This document shows, piece after piece, positions 10,299 through 19,875 of a DNA stretch of 64,000 nucleotides. This stretch comes from a virus. Its lineage: Duplodnaviria > Caudoviricetes. Position numbers and translations under genes: made by a program. Below the pieces are notes generated by a model. It made no database searches, had not been told where the DNA came from, and saw only the letters and a list, made by a program, of their open reading frames with translations. The DNA is taken from the IMG/VR virus record IMGVR_UViG_2929656146_000003, positions 14,215 to 78,214 of that record; one strand, 5' to 3'. The stretch's first letter is position 1. Every line of letters starts with the position of its first letter.

Positions 10299-11027
10299 TC
10301 AGTTGCCCCGCAAACGCGCGGCGTGCTGGTCCCAGGAGCTCTTGGGCTTCTCTGGGGCGGCCTGCCTCGGTGCGGCGGTCGGCCTGGCCTTCGGCTTGGC
10401 GGGCTCGGGGCGCGCGAACAGCTCGGGGTAGTCGGTCCTCAGCCGGTCGATCTCGCTGTCGAGACCGATCACGTCACCGTCGTCGTCCACGCTGAGGGAA
10501 TCGGTGTCGAGGAGCTTGAGGACCCGGGACGGGCCACCGGCAACGCCGGCCTCCGCGAGTGCCGCACGCGCGGCCTGGTTGATGATGCGGGGCTTCCACT
10601 GGCTTTCCGCCGCCTCGGTGGCCTCGCGGATCGCACGCTCGTGGTCGCCCTCGTTCTCGCGGCCCTTCGCTTCGAGCTGCTTGAGGGCGAGTCGGTTCCT
10701 CTTGGCCTCCTCGTTGGCCTTCCTCAACGCCGCGACGGTGCGAGCGTGTTCGGCCTGCAGCTTCTCCAGCACCGGGTCGGCCTTGCTGTCCGCGGGCGGC
10801 CTCGGCTTCGGCTTCTCGCCGTCGTCCTGGCTGCCGTCGTCAGAGGTCTCGTCGTCCGCGGTCTCGTCGGCGGCGGTGTCGTCGTCGACTTCGATGTCCG
10901 TGCCGTTGTCTTCCTCGGAGCCGCCGGCCACGTTGTAGATCGGGCGGCCGTCGGCGCGGTGGCCGAGCAGGGTCCACGGGGGCAGGCTGATCGCGGTGCT
11001 GGAGGGTCCGATCACCGGAGCGTCCAC
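10299..11027 (-). CDS. Capsid scaffolding protein
   Basis: Acidic N-terminus, coiled coil 'LRKANEEAKRNR', 'L..DYPELF' tail; GGGAGA RBS before GTG at 11027. Confidence 0.85.
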   Translation of the reverse strand: MDAPVIGPSSTAISLPPWTLLGHRADGRPIYNVAGGSEEDNGTDIEVDDDTAADETADDETSDDGSQDDGEKPKPRPPADSKADPVLEKLQAEHARTVAALRKANEEAKRNRLALKQLEAKGRENEGDHERAIREATEAAESQWKPRIINQAARAALAEAGVAGGPSRVLKLLDTDSLSVDDDGDVIGLDSEIDRLRTDYPELFARPEPAKPKARPTAAPRQAAPEKPKSSWDQHAARLRGN

Positions 11028-11098
11028 AGGGTGTCTCCCATCACGGGGGTTTACATGACTGACTGCGACCGTAGCCGCGGGCCCGGGACGGACTGTGA

Positions 11099-12100
11099 TC
11101 ACGCGGCCCGGTCGAAACGGCCGGTGCGCACTGCGCGGTGGGCCCGCTCAGCAACCCGCGGCGGTAGCGACACGCCAGAGTTGAGGAGCGCGCGTGCGGC
11201 ACGCACCCGGGCTACGCCGGACTCCGACGGCAGCGCCCAGCCCTCGGCGACGGCCCGCTCGGCTTGGTGGCGCAGCAGGTTCGGCAGGCCAGTGCCCCAT
11301 GATGCAGACCACGGCACTGCGCGGCACCGGCAGTGAGGGTGCAGAGGAGGGCCCGAAACCGGGGGCGCCTCTGCTGCACGTTGTTGAGGGTCGAACGACA
11401 AGCCGCCTGGGAACTCCCCGCCCGGCCTGATAGTGCGCCCGGAGTAGGCCGTGCACCGTAGGCACGCATCCTGCTCCGACACCCACAGCCGGCCCACACT
11501 CATGCCGTCGGCGACCGCAGCCGTACCCGCGTTGACGGCCGTATGCACCAGCCATGCGAGCAACGCCCGAACCCTGGACACTGCGGATCGGGCAACCTGT
11601 AGGACGGTCGCCAGGCTGGAGAACCGCTCCGGGTTGGCTGCGAGGAGTTGCTTGGCGCGCCGGAGTTGCTCCGAGACGGCGTCACCGATGCCGCGGGCCT
11701 GGTCGGTGAGCGCCCGCGGTAGCCGCGCACCGGAGCCGGCCGTGGACGACACCCGCTGGCCGGCGGCACGTACGAGTTGGCGGGCGTGTTTGGCGCCGAG
11801 CGCGACGGCGTGGGGCAGCGAGCTGCCGGCGGCCCGGCGTGCGCGGGCACCAAGCCCCGCCAGCGCCGTGCGGATCCGCTCGCCGACTGCGGCAAGGATT
11901 CGGGTGAGAGCATCACCGTCCCCGCTGCTTGTGGCCGAGCCGAACTCGCCGATCCACTCGGTGAGGGTGAGCCGCAGTGCTTCGACGAGGAGGTCGTCGG
12001 CGTTGCCGACTGCCTGCCGGACTGTGGCTTCTTCCAAGTTCCGGGCCTCGCCGATCTGCTGGTCCTGGATGAGACGGGCCAGATCGGTGGGGCTAGTCAC
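11099..12100 (-). CDS. MuF-like minor head protein
   Basis: 'W..EQDACLRC...PPLHPHCRC' MuF signature; directly after portal. Confidence 0.85.
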   Translation of the reverse strand: MTSPTDLARLIQDQQIGEARNLEEATVRQAVGNADDLLVEALRLTLTEWIGEFGSATSSGDGDALTRILAAVGERIRTALAGLGARARRAAGSSLPHAVALGAKHARQLVRAAGQRVSSTAGSGARLPRALTDQARGIGDAVSEQLRRAKQLLAANPERFSSLATVLQVARSAVSRVRALLAWLVHTAVNAGTAAVADGMSVGRLWVSEQDACLRCTAYSGRTIRPGGEFPGGLSFDPQQRAAEAPPVSGPPLHPHCRCRAVPWSASWGTGLPNLLRHQAERAVAEGWALPSESGVARVRAARALLNSGVSLPPRVAERAHRAVRTGRFDRAA

Positions 12101-13670
12101 CGGTCGGCTCCGGCGGCACAACGGGGCGACCGGTCATGGCGTCGACTACGGGACCGATGAGGTCCTGCACTTGGGCCTGGTCGATCGCGCCGAGGGTGAC
12201 GGCCGCGCCGAGTTTCTGGACGGTGTCGGCGAGGCTGGACAGGTCAGCGAGACGCCGGGTCAGCTCTGCGGCGTCGTCGGTCGGGGACTCCAGCCACGCT
12301 TCGACCTGGTCGTCGCTGTATCCGGCTTCGACGAGGAGTTGTCGGTGGGGTACGCCGAGTTCGGACTTGACCTTGGCGGTGTCCCAGCTGTCCTTGTCGT
12401 CGACGGTTTCGGCGGCGTGCCAGCGCACGTCGACCACAGGGTCGGCGAATCCGACGAGGTGCAGGGCGAAGCCTTGGGAGTCCTGCCAGGAGTCGGTGGC
12501 GCCTTCCTGCCGGTCCTTGATTTTCTCGACGAACGGGGCGTCCTGCGCACGAACGGATCGGCCGGACGGCTGCTCGCTGGTCGGGTCGAGCAGGTGGAGC
12601 GGCGTGGTGGTCAGTACTCCGATGCTGCGCACATTGAACTCAAGCGGGTCGTAGAACACGGCGGGCTCGGCAGGGTCGAACTGGCCGACCTGCCGGAACC
12701 CCCGCAGCAGCCATACCTCGCCCGGGCCGGACTTGAGGGACGAGTCGTCACCGCTGTCGGACGGGCCGGCTGCGGGGTCTGGGGGGAAGAGGTCGTCGCC
12801 GAAGTCTGCGGGTTCGAAATCGCCCGTGTCGGCGTTCGCTGCGTCGGTGAGGGCGTATCGCTGTGGTACGCCCTGGTAGTCGATGCCGCCCATGTGGGTG
12901 GCGTCGAGCTTGTTGATGGTGTCCTGGGCACCGTAGCCGCGTCGGTGCTCGGGGACGCCGTAGGGTTCGGAGTTGCGGAAGTGGAAGACCGGGATTTCGC
13001 CGTAGTTGTGCTCGATGATCCACGCGTCGTCGTCCGGCTCGACCGTCTCGCCGTCCTCGGTTGTGACCGCCGAGGGCAGCCACGGCTCCCAGTCCGCACG
13101 GGCATTTCCCGCCGAGTCGGCCTTGGTGGTCCAGCGTTCGACGCGGTCGTTGTAGTACAGCTCGGCTCGGTGGATCTGCCGGTCGGTGTCGACGGTTTCG
13201 CACCACCGCTTGACCGCGTATGCCTTCTCGCGAGGGTTCTCGGCGCTGTAGATCATGCGGACGGTCAGCGGGTCGTTGGCGTATTCGTCGACGCCAGTCA
13301 CAGTGCTGGCGTCGTCGGTGCGAGGCAGCACGATCAGGTAGGCATCGCCGTACTCGGCCTGCCACTTGTGGACCTTCATGGCCTCGCGGCGCAATCTGTT
13401 GCTGTCCCAGATCCGCTGCAGCGCCTCGGCTTGATCCTGGTCGGGGCTGGTGATGGCGGCGAGCTTCATGCGGTCGACCACGGCGTCGACGACCATGGCG
13501 ATGTACGGCTTGCCGTGGTCCATGCCGGTACGGGCGATCGCCCGTCGGACCCGGGCCGAGGCGAACACCTCCGGCACCTCGTCGTCGTAGTACGCGGCGG
13601 CCTCGACGTACGCCGGCCTGGCCTCGCGCAGCGCCTCCAGGCCCATCCACAGGTCGTCGCTTGCGGTCAC
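12093..13670 (-). CDS. Portal protein
   Basis: 525 aa after terminase; SPP1-like motifs 'YYD...VVDAVVDRM...YGDAY...GEIPVFHF'. Confidence 0.92.
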   Translation of the reverse strand: MTASDDLWMGLEALREARPAYVEAAAYYDDEVPEVFASARVRRAIARTGMDHGKPYIAMVVDAVVDRMKLAAITSPDQDQAEALQRIWDSNRLRREAMKVHKWQAEYGDAYLIVLPRTDDASTVTGVDEYANDPLTVRMIYSAENPREKAYAVKRWCETVDTDRQIHRAELYYNDRVERWTTKADSAGNARADWEPWLPSAVTTEDGETVEPDDDAWIIEHNYGEIPVFHFRNSEPYGVPEHRRGYGAQDTINKLDATHMGGIDYQGVPQRYALTDAANADTGDFEPADFGDDLFPPDPAAGPSDSGDDSSLKSGPGEVWLLRGFRQVGQFDPAEPAVFYDPLEFNVRSIGVLTTTPLHLLDPTSEQPSGRSVRAQDAPFVEKIKDRQEGATDSWQDSQGFALHLVGFADPVVDVRWHAAETVDDKDSWDTAKVKSELGVPHRQLLVEAGYSDDQVEAWLESPTDDAAELTRRLADLSSLADTVQKLGAAVTLGAIDQAQVQDLIGPVVDAMTGRPVVPPEPTGD

Positions 13671-13734
13671 CGCGTCCCCTCCTCAGGTCGCGATCACCGT
13701 AGGTCCGGGGTCCGGGCGGGCTGTGAACGGCCGG

Positions 13735-15294
13735 TCAGTGGGTGTAGGTGTGGCTGGTCGCGGTCGGCACAGCACGTTTGGTGGTGTCGAGGAACCGGGT
13801 GACCGCGCTTCCGACGGCGTCGACGAGGTCGTCGTGCGGGGCCCGGGGGAACCCCACCATCTGCTCCTCCAGGTCGCGCAGGGTCCGGCCGTGGAGGACG
13901 CGGCCCCGCTGGTAGTGGTTGAGGGCCCGCGCCGCGCGGACTGTCTTGTGCTCGGATTGGCTGACGGTCTTCACCTTGACGGGCATGTGGTGAAAGATCG
14001 CGTCCCAGGTGCCGTGACCCTGGTTCACTTCCAGCAGGATCAGCCCGACCTCCGGGTACTCGTCCAGCAGGGCCAGCACCCGTTCCCGCAGCTTCGCGCC
14101 GGGCGGGATCCGGACCGGGATCGCCGCGTGGACGGTGCAGCGGCGGGTCTGCGCGGACCAGGACACGACGGCGAGGCCGGTGTAGTCGCTGGTGGCCTTC
14201 GCGGTGACCGCGGGGTCGATGGAGAGGACCATGTGCGTGACCGGGTCGGGGCCGTCCTCGGGGTAGCGGAAGTCGTCGGCGCACCAGTAGTCACCGTCGG
14301 CGCCGAGCGGATCGTTGGCGTAGTTCTTGGCGAAGCTGCGGGTGTGTTCGATCTTCTTCAGGTAGCTCAGTGGCCACTTCGCCGGCCACATGCTGCGCTC
14401 GGTGCCGTCGTCACGGCGGATGATCGGCAGGCTGTGGTGCGTCGCGAAGCCCTCGTCGGCAATCCACTCCGCGGTCTCCACCCCTTGGCCGTGCTTGACG
14501 AGCTGGTGGACGATGCTGCCGGGCATGGTGACCGTGCCGACGAGGACCACCCTTGCGTAGACGTTGAGGGGCAGGACCGCGTCCCGCAGGGTGGTGAGCC
14601 TCTTCCGGGCCTGGTCGGGGGAGTAGGAGGACTCGTCCGGTTCGACGTCGTCGAGGAGCAGGAGGTCCGGCCTGTGATTGCGCACCTTGAGGCCCAGGCT
14701 GGAGGAGTCCATGCCGCGGGCTGCGAAGGCGAACCCGTTCTCGGCGATGTACATGCGCTGCGTGTCGGCGACGTTCCCGCCGTTCGGCCGCTTTGCGGGG
14801 TTGCACAGTTCCGGGAAGTCGGACCGCAGCTTGTCGTTGTTGTCGATCTCCTGCTTGAACGTCGACAGGTGGGCCTCAGCCTGCGCCGCGCTGGCGGAGA
14901 ACGCCGCGGTGAACTTCACCCAGCCATGCGCCGCGGCCCACATCGGCAGCAGCAGAAACCACCACGTGCTCTTGCCGGTCTCGCGGGGTGCCACGTAGGC
15001 GTCCCGCTGCTCCGCCGGCATCGTCGGCGTGCGGATCCAGCGACGGCCGGCGCGGCACCAGTCCAGGTGCGCGTCGCTGAAGGTGACCTGGCCCTCGGCG
15101 TCCTTGATGTGGTCGCGCAGGTAGACGATCGCGAACAGGGCGGGGTCAAGCCGGGTGAGCGCGCGCCGGCCTTCCGGGTCGTCGAGCATCCGCGCGTCGG
15201 GCACGGTGCGGGCCAGGTACCGGTGCAGGTCGAAGCCCTCGCCGGTGACCCCGGCGAGGTAGGAGTCGACGACACCGGCCGCCAGGTCCGTCAC
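13735..15294 (-). CDS. Terminase large subunit
   Basis: Walker A 'APRETGKST', Walker B 'LLLLDDVE', nuclease 'SIDPA...SDYT...HDDLVDA'. Confidence 0.95.
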   Translation of the reverse strand: MTDLAAGVVDSYLAGVTGEGFDLHRYLARTVPDARMLDDPEGRRALTRLDPALFAIVYLRDHIKDAEGQVTFSDAHLDWCRAGRRWIRTPTMPAEQRDAYVAPRETGKSTWWFLLLPMWAAAHGWVKFTAAFSASAAQAEAHLSTFKQEIDNNDKLRSDFPELCNPAKRPNGGNVADTQRMYIAENGFAFAARGMDSSSLGLKVRNHRPDLLLLDDVEPDESSYSPDQARKRLTTLRDAVLPLNVYARVVLVGTVTMPGSIVHQLVKHGQGVETAEWIADEGFATHHSLPIIRRDDGTERSMWPAKWPLSYLKKIEHTRSFAKNYANDPLGADGDYWCADDFRYPEDGPDPVTHMVLSIDPAVTAKATSDYTGLAVVSWSAQTRRCTVHAAIPVRIPPGAKLRERVLALLDEYPEVGLILLEVNQGHGTWDAIFHHMPVKVKTVSQSEHKTVRAARALNHYQRGRVLHGRTLRDLEEQMVGFPRAPHDDLVDAVGSAVTRFLDTTKRAVPTATSHTYTH

Positions 15295-15297
15295 GGG

Positions 15298-15753
15298 CTA
15301 CTCCCCGCTGTCGCTGGCCTCATGCCGCTCGCGGCCGTCGAGGGAGTGGTGCGTGACGACCCACATCTGCGATCCGTCCGCGGACTGCTCGGTGCGCTGC
15401 CGGGGCCCGCATGGGCATGCGTCGTGGAGGTCGTGCACGATGAGGTCGTCGAGCGGGTAGGCGTGAACCTCGGCGTCGGTGCTCTGGACGACCATCCAGG
15501 GACCGCCCGCCTGGCCGTCGGCGAGGTCGATGTCGAACTCCTCCACGCACACCTCGGCGCGCAGAAGGACGGTGCCAACAGGGATTCGGGCCTCGCAGCC
15601 GTCGGCGGGCATGACGGCCGGGCCGGCGACGACCTTCCAGCCCTGCAGCTCGACGCGGGCGACGAGGTGCTCGCCGAGCGCGGCGATGTAGCCGGGGTCC
15701 TCGGCGAGCCAGGACGGGACGAGGGAGTCGAAGGTGTATCGGGTCACGGCCAT
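15298..15753 (-). CDS. Hypothetical protein between terminase subunits
   Basis: 151 aa; C-terminal 'H.YPLDDLIVH...CPCGP...HHSLDGRE' His/Cys motif. Confidence 0.65.
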   Translation of the reverse strand: MAVTRYTFDSLVPSWLAEDPGYIAALGEHLVARVELQGWKVVAGPAVMPADGCEARIPVGTVLLRAEVCVEEFDIDLADGQAGGPWMVVQSTDAEVHAYPLDDLIVHDLHDACPCGPRQRTEQSADGSQMWVVTHHSLDGRERHEASDSGE

Positions 15754-15754
15754 C

Positions 15755-16222
15755 TCAGGCGCCGCCCCGGAGCTGGGCCTCTTCGGCGGCTTGCCTGGCC
15801 TTCGCCTCGTTGATCATGTCGCGGAGTTCCAGATCCGTCGCGGACGGCGCCTGCTCGATCGTCACCTCCGCGCGAGTCGGGGCGTAGAGGCCCTGAACCT
15901 TGGCGATCTCCTTGCACACCATCACTGCCACTTCGATCGCCCGCGGCTCGCCCCGGTCGATGCGGGGAGAGAGCCGGGTCAGGTAGTACTCCAGCCGGTC
16001 GACGTGCTGGTCGACCCACAGATCGACCATCTCCTGCTCGGCTTCCTTGGCAGCCCGTCGGGCCCGGGTGAAGTCCTTGCGGGCGTGGTCGCTGGAGCTG
16101 TAGCCGAAGCCGGGGTCGGCTGCGATGTCGTCGAAGCTCCGGCCGTCGATGCGGGCTTGGATCATGCGGGCGCGACGGTCGGCAATCTGCACCCTTTCGT
16201 AGCGGGTGGTTCCTCCGGGCAC
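15755..16222 (-). CDS. Terminase small subunit (HTH)
   Basis: 'RIDGRSFDDIA..GY' HTH and 'GLYAPTRAEV' tail; GAGGAGG RBS; upstream of TerL. Confidence 0.75.
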   Translation of the reverse strand: MPGGTTRYERVQIADRRARMIQARIDGRSFDDIAADPGFGYSSSDHARKDFTRARRAAKEAEQEMVDLWVDQHVDRLEYYLTRLSPRIDRGEPRAIEVAVMVCKEIAKVQGLYAPTRAEVTIEQAPSATDLELRDMINEAKARQAAEEAQLRGGA

Positions 16223-16280
16223 GGTTCCTCCTCGGGTCGATCTGGATGATCGCCCGGGGGCCGACAGAGGCTGCGAACGG

Positions 16281-16451
16281 TCAGCGCTTGCGGACGCCCT
16301 TGCGCGCGGGCAGGCGGCGGTACCGGGTGACGGCGCCGCCGGGCGTGGCGTGGGCTTTCTGGTGTGCGTAGCGGCGGAGCCGGGGGCTGGCGAAGAAGAG
16401 CCGCCACTGGGCGTTGCTCTTGAAGCCGGTGCGGCCTGCGCGTTTTGCCAC
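16281..16451 (-). CDS. Small basic protein (56 aa)
   Basis: Not in ORF track. GAGGAGG RBS + GTG; MAKRAGRTGFKSNAQWRLFFASPRLRRYAHQKAHATPGGAVTRYRRLPARKGVRKR. Confidence 0.7.
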   Translation of the reverse strand: MAKRAGRTGFKSNAQWRLFFASPRLRRYAHQKAHATPGGAVTRYRRLPARKGVRKR

Positions 16452-16460
16452 GGTTCCTCC

Positions 16461-19361
16461 TCAGGCGATGTCGAACGGAGCGGTGTCCATCACGGGCAGC
16501 TCCGGGGTGGCCGCGACCCGCACCCATGCCCTGTACCGGCCCGGCACCGGGACAACAACGCCCGCCGGGCCGACCAGCAGCTTCGCGACCGTGCCGGTTC
16601 CGCTGCTGGCGGTGTCCCACGCGGCGGCATGCCAGTCGCCAGCCGCGGGTTCGTGACCGACAGGGACAATGGCCATCTCGACGCCGTACCCGGTCGGGAT
16701 GCCGCGGTCCCAGGTGACACCGACTTCGTAGTACTCGGTGGAGAGCGCGTCCACAGGGATCGTCCTTCCAGTGCAGGCCCAGGCGGTGGTGGTGCCGTGG
16801 ACGGTCCACCGGGCGGTGGGGCCGCCGGTGAGTCGCAGGCCGTGGGTGGTGTGCTGGCCGGCGACGGTGACGGCCACGGCCAGGTCGAGGGTGGTGGCGC
16901 GGCTGAGGGCGCGGGTCTTGACGCGGGTGGGCGAGAGTGCGAGGGCGGTCTCGCCTGCGGTGCCGAGCGGGATGATGAAGCCCCGGGCGACTGTGATGGC
17001 AATATCGACGGATGCCGCGGCCGTGAGGGTGATGGTCTTGTGGCGGGCCGGGGCGAGCGCGGTCGCGGTGCTGCCAGCTGGCGTGATGGGTGTGCGCTTC
17101 AGCCGACCCGGGGCTGGGGCGGTGCTGGTCTCGGTGGCGTAGCCGACGGGGACGAGCCGGCCGGTGGAGATGGCGAGTGCCTGCTCGCTGCTGGCGGCGG
17201 GGGTGAGCGCCGCGGTCTTGCGGCGCTGGACCGACTGGGCGGCGCCGGATTCAGCAGCGGCGGTGACGGCCCGAGCCTTGAGCCTGGCTGGGGACAACGC
17301 CGACTCGACAGACGCGGCGGGTCCGGACGTGAGCGACTTCCTCCGGCCGACAGACTGGGCTGACCCGGTCTCGCCCGCCGTGCCCAGAACGAGTGTCTTA
17401 CATGCCGTCACCGTCTGCGCGGTAGCGGCCTCCTGTGCCGTCCCGACAGGGATGACTCGGGCCGGGAGGATGTTGACGTTGTCGAGCTCAGTCCAGGTGG
17501 AGGAGCCAGCATCGCGGTGGGACTCGACGAGGAGGGACAGGTCGGTGGCGGACGCCCACCCGGGCGTGGTCTCGCTGCGCCTCACAGTCCATGTGGACCC
17601 GTCGGGGCTCGTCTCCCAGTACAGGGTGCCCGCGTCCTCGCGCAGGCGCAGCCAGGCGTGGCCGGTCGGGTCGTAGGAGAGGAACACGGCGCCAGGGTCT
17701 GAGAAGCCGGTGCGGAGGTAGAAGCCCATGGCTCCGGCAGCGGAGTCAATCAGGAACCCGCCGTCGGTGCCGGATGTGCTCGTCTCGACGAGAAGCGTCG
17801 CCGTGGCGGTGCTGGCGCCGGCGGAGATGGGTGGCCACATGCGGGCCTGCACGTGGGAGCCGGTGAGGGTGTAGAGGCTGCCGGAGCGTAGGCCGTTGAA
17901 TCCGGTGTCGCAGGCGACCCTGCCGTGCCCGGCGCTGGTGTCGTAGGTGCCGTAGCTGGCGGGCCAGCGGCCGGCGTCGATGGCGCCGGAGAAGTCGTCG
18001 ACGAGGTTGGCGAACGGCTGGGCCGGGGCGAGCGCGGTCTCGGTGCTGCCCGCGATGCTGAGCGTCCGTGTCTTGGTCTTGGCTGTTGGGGAGAGGGCTG
18101 TCTCGGTGGCTGTGGATTGTGGACAGGCACGGGTCTTGACCCTGCCGATGGCCTGGGCTGTGTCGGTCTCGGTGGCGGTGCCGAGGCTGATGGTCTGGGC
18201 GGCGTTGAGGTTGTCAATCTCAGCGTTGTCGGCGGTGCCGGAAGATCGCTGCGCTTCCGCGTAGAAGATCAGCGTCCCCAGACGCATCCATTGGGAGGGT
18301 GTGGAGATGGTGCGGCGGGTGGTCCAGGTGGTGCCGTCCGGGCTGGTGTCCATGGTGATGGAGCCGCCGGATTCGGCGAACCGCCACCAGGCGTGGGTGG
18401 ACGAGTTGTAGGTGAGGGTGGTGGGGGAGGCGTCGGTGCCGCCCACGCTGTTGCGGAGGACGAGGTTGCCGGTGTTGGGGGAGTACTCGAACTCCAGGTT
18501 CGTCGTGCTGATCGTCGGGCCGGCGGACAGGTAGGCGGAGAACGCCACGCCGGAGCCGCCGCCCGTGCTGGGGACGGTCGGGACTTGGAAGCGGACCTGG
18601 GAGCCCTGGATCTCGTACGCCGTGGCGGTGTACATGTCCTCAAGGGTGGTCGTGCAGGGGATCCGGGCCCGGCCGCCGCTGGAGCTGACGTTGGTGGTCT
18701 TCGTCCACTTGGAGTCGACGCTGCTGGTGAACGTGTCAGTCAGCGTCGAGAAGCTCGGCGTGAACAAGCCGTCAGCCCCGGAAAACTCCACCCACCCGGG
18801 TTCGGTTGTGACCGCGGTGTCGCCGGATCCGAGGTCGGTGCCGCCGGTGTTGCCATAGTTGATCGTCGCGTTGTACGTCGTCGACAGGGAGTTGGCGCGG
18901 TAGCCGATCTCGACGACCAGGCGGTCCCCCACCTGGATGGCGACAGGCGTGACGGCCTGCCCGCTGATCGCGGTGCCGGTGGCGGTGGTGGTGAACTCCG
19001 TGCTGCCGATGTAGTCGGCCAGCAGGGTGCCGCGGGGCGTGTCCGAGTCACCGCTGGTCGCGTAGATGTGAAGGTGCCAGAAGCCGTTGAGGTCGACGTT
19101 GGACTCGCGGACTCCGACCGTCCACGACACGGTGCCACTGATGGTGCCCGCCTTGATGGCGCCCGCACTGATGGACCGGTGCAGCAGGACGTCCCGGTCC
19201 GCAGCAGTGGAGCCGACGTTGATGCTGGACGTGCCCGCCGACCCGGCCGGCTTGCGGCCGAGGAGCTGAACGTCCTCGCCGCTTGCTGTATCCCAAGCCC
19301 CGCGACGGGTCGTGGGCGTGTAGGGCGCGGCCGAGTTGGTCAGCCAGAACCTGGTGGCCAC
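16461..19361 (-). CDS. Large Thr/Ser-rich virion fibre/adhesin-like protein
   Basis: 966 aa with two homologous beta-rich domains ('HAWWRFAESGG' / 'HAWLRLREDAG') and tandem 'GTA.ET..A' repeats. Confidence 0.75.
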   Translation of the reverse strand: MATRFWLTNSAAPYTPTTRRGAWDTASGEDVQLLGRKPAGSAGTSSINVGSTAADRDVLLHRSISAGAIKAGTISGTVSWTVGVRESNVDLNGFWHLHIYATSGDSDTPRGTLLADYIGSTEFTTTATGTAISGQAVTPVAIQVGDRLVVEIGYRANSLSTTYNATINYGNTGGTDLGSGDTAVTTEPGWVEFSGADGLFTPSFSTLTDTFTSSVDSKWTKTTNVSSSGGRARIPCTTTLEDMYTATAYEIQGSQVRFQVPTVPSTGGGSGVAFSAYLSAGPTISTTNLEFEYSPNTGNLVLRNSVGGTDASPTTLTYNSSTHAWWRFAESGGSITMDTSPDGTTWTTRRTISTPSQWMRLGTLIFYAEAQRSSGTADNAEIDNLNAAQTISLGTATETDTAQAIGRVKTRACPQSTATETALSPTAKTKTRTLSIAGSTETALAPAQPFANLVDDFSGAIDAGRWPASYGTYDTSAGHGRVACDTGFNGLRSGSLYTLTGSHVQARMWPPISAGASTATATLLVETSTSGTDGGFLIDSAAGAMGFYLRTGFSDPGAVFLSYDPTGHAWLRLREDAGTLYWETSPDGSTWTVRRSETTPGWASATDLSLLVESHRDAGSSTWTELDNVNILPARVIPVGTAQEAATAQTVTACKTLVLGTAGETGSAQSVGRRKSLTSGPAASVESALSPARLKARAVTAAAESGAAQSVQRRKTAALTPAASSEQALAISTGRLVPVGYATETSTAPAPGRLKRTPITPAGSTATALAPARHKTITLTAAASVDIAITVARGFIIPLGTAGETALALSPTRVKTRALSRATTLDLAVAVTVAGQHTTHGLRLTGGPTARWTVHGTTTAWACTGRTIPVDALSTEYYEVGVTWDRGIPTGYGVEMAIVPVGHEPAAGDWHAAAWDTASSGTGTVAKLLVGPAGVVVPVPGRYRAWVRVAATPELPVMDTAPFDIA

Positions 19362-19395
19362 CAGCCACCCCCTCCCTCTCCGTTAGTGGTGGCGG

Positions 19396-19842
19396 TCAGG
19401 CTGCGGAGGTGGAGCGGTAGAAGTCCGCGACGGTGGCGGTGACGTCGGAGCCGTCGGGGGTCAGGGCGAAGTCCAGCTTGACCAGCGGCACGAGGTCGGA
19501 GTCAGTGCCGGTGGTGGTGTCCGGGTCGTAGCAGATGACGAGGGCGGAGACGGCGTTGCCGGTGGCGGCAGTCCAGGTGATGTCGGCGCAGTCGACGGCG
19601 ACGCGGTCGTTGGTGTCGTCGACGGTGACGGTGACCGAGGCCAACGTCTTGCGTCCCATGGTGGTCTGCTCGTTGCTGGCGCCGGCGAGGAGGGTGGAGA
19701 GGTCGTCGTAGTCGCGCATGGTGGCGTCGGAGACGATGCCGCTGGTTTCGATGGGGACGGCGATGAGGGCGTCGTTCGTGGCGGGCAGGCTGGCGTACGC
19801 AGCCACCCGACCAAGTGCCACATTGAATACGAGGTTGGCCAT
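19396..19842 (-). CDS. Putative virion structural protein paired with the fibre gene
   Basis: 148 aa, acidic and Thr-rich ('DDTNDRVAVDCADITWTAA...CYDPD'); AAGGAG RBS. Confidence 0.7.
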   Translation of the reverse strand: MANLVFNVALGRVAAYASLPATNDALIAVPIETSGIVSDATMRDYDDLSTLLAGASNEQTTMGRKTLASVTVTVDDTNDRVAVDCADITWTAATGNAVSALVICYDPDTTTGTDSDLVPLVKLDFALTPDGSDVTATVADFYRSTSAA

Positions 19843-19875
19843 TGGTCAACTCTCCTTTTCGATATAATCGATGCC

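Noticed and set aside
11099-12100. MuF as a polymorphic toxin
   Set aside because: The short C-terminal extension shows no recognisable toxin domain and no immunity gene follows.
16461-19361. Duplicated domains as a DGR template/variable repeat
   Set aside because: Similarity is protein-level only, and no reverse transcriptase is present in the window.
1-19400. Many long plus-strand ORFs over the structural genes (e.g. 11451-13802, 13723-15813, 8849-10495)
   Set aside because: Antisense shadow frames expected in high-GC DNA; no motifs, and the minus strand carries recognisable genes.
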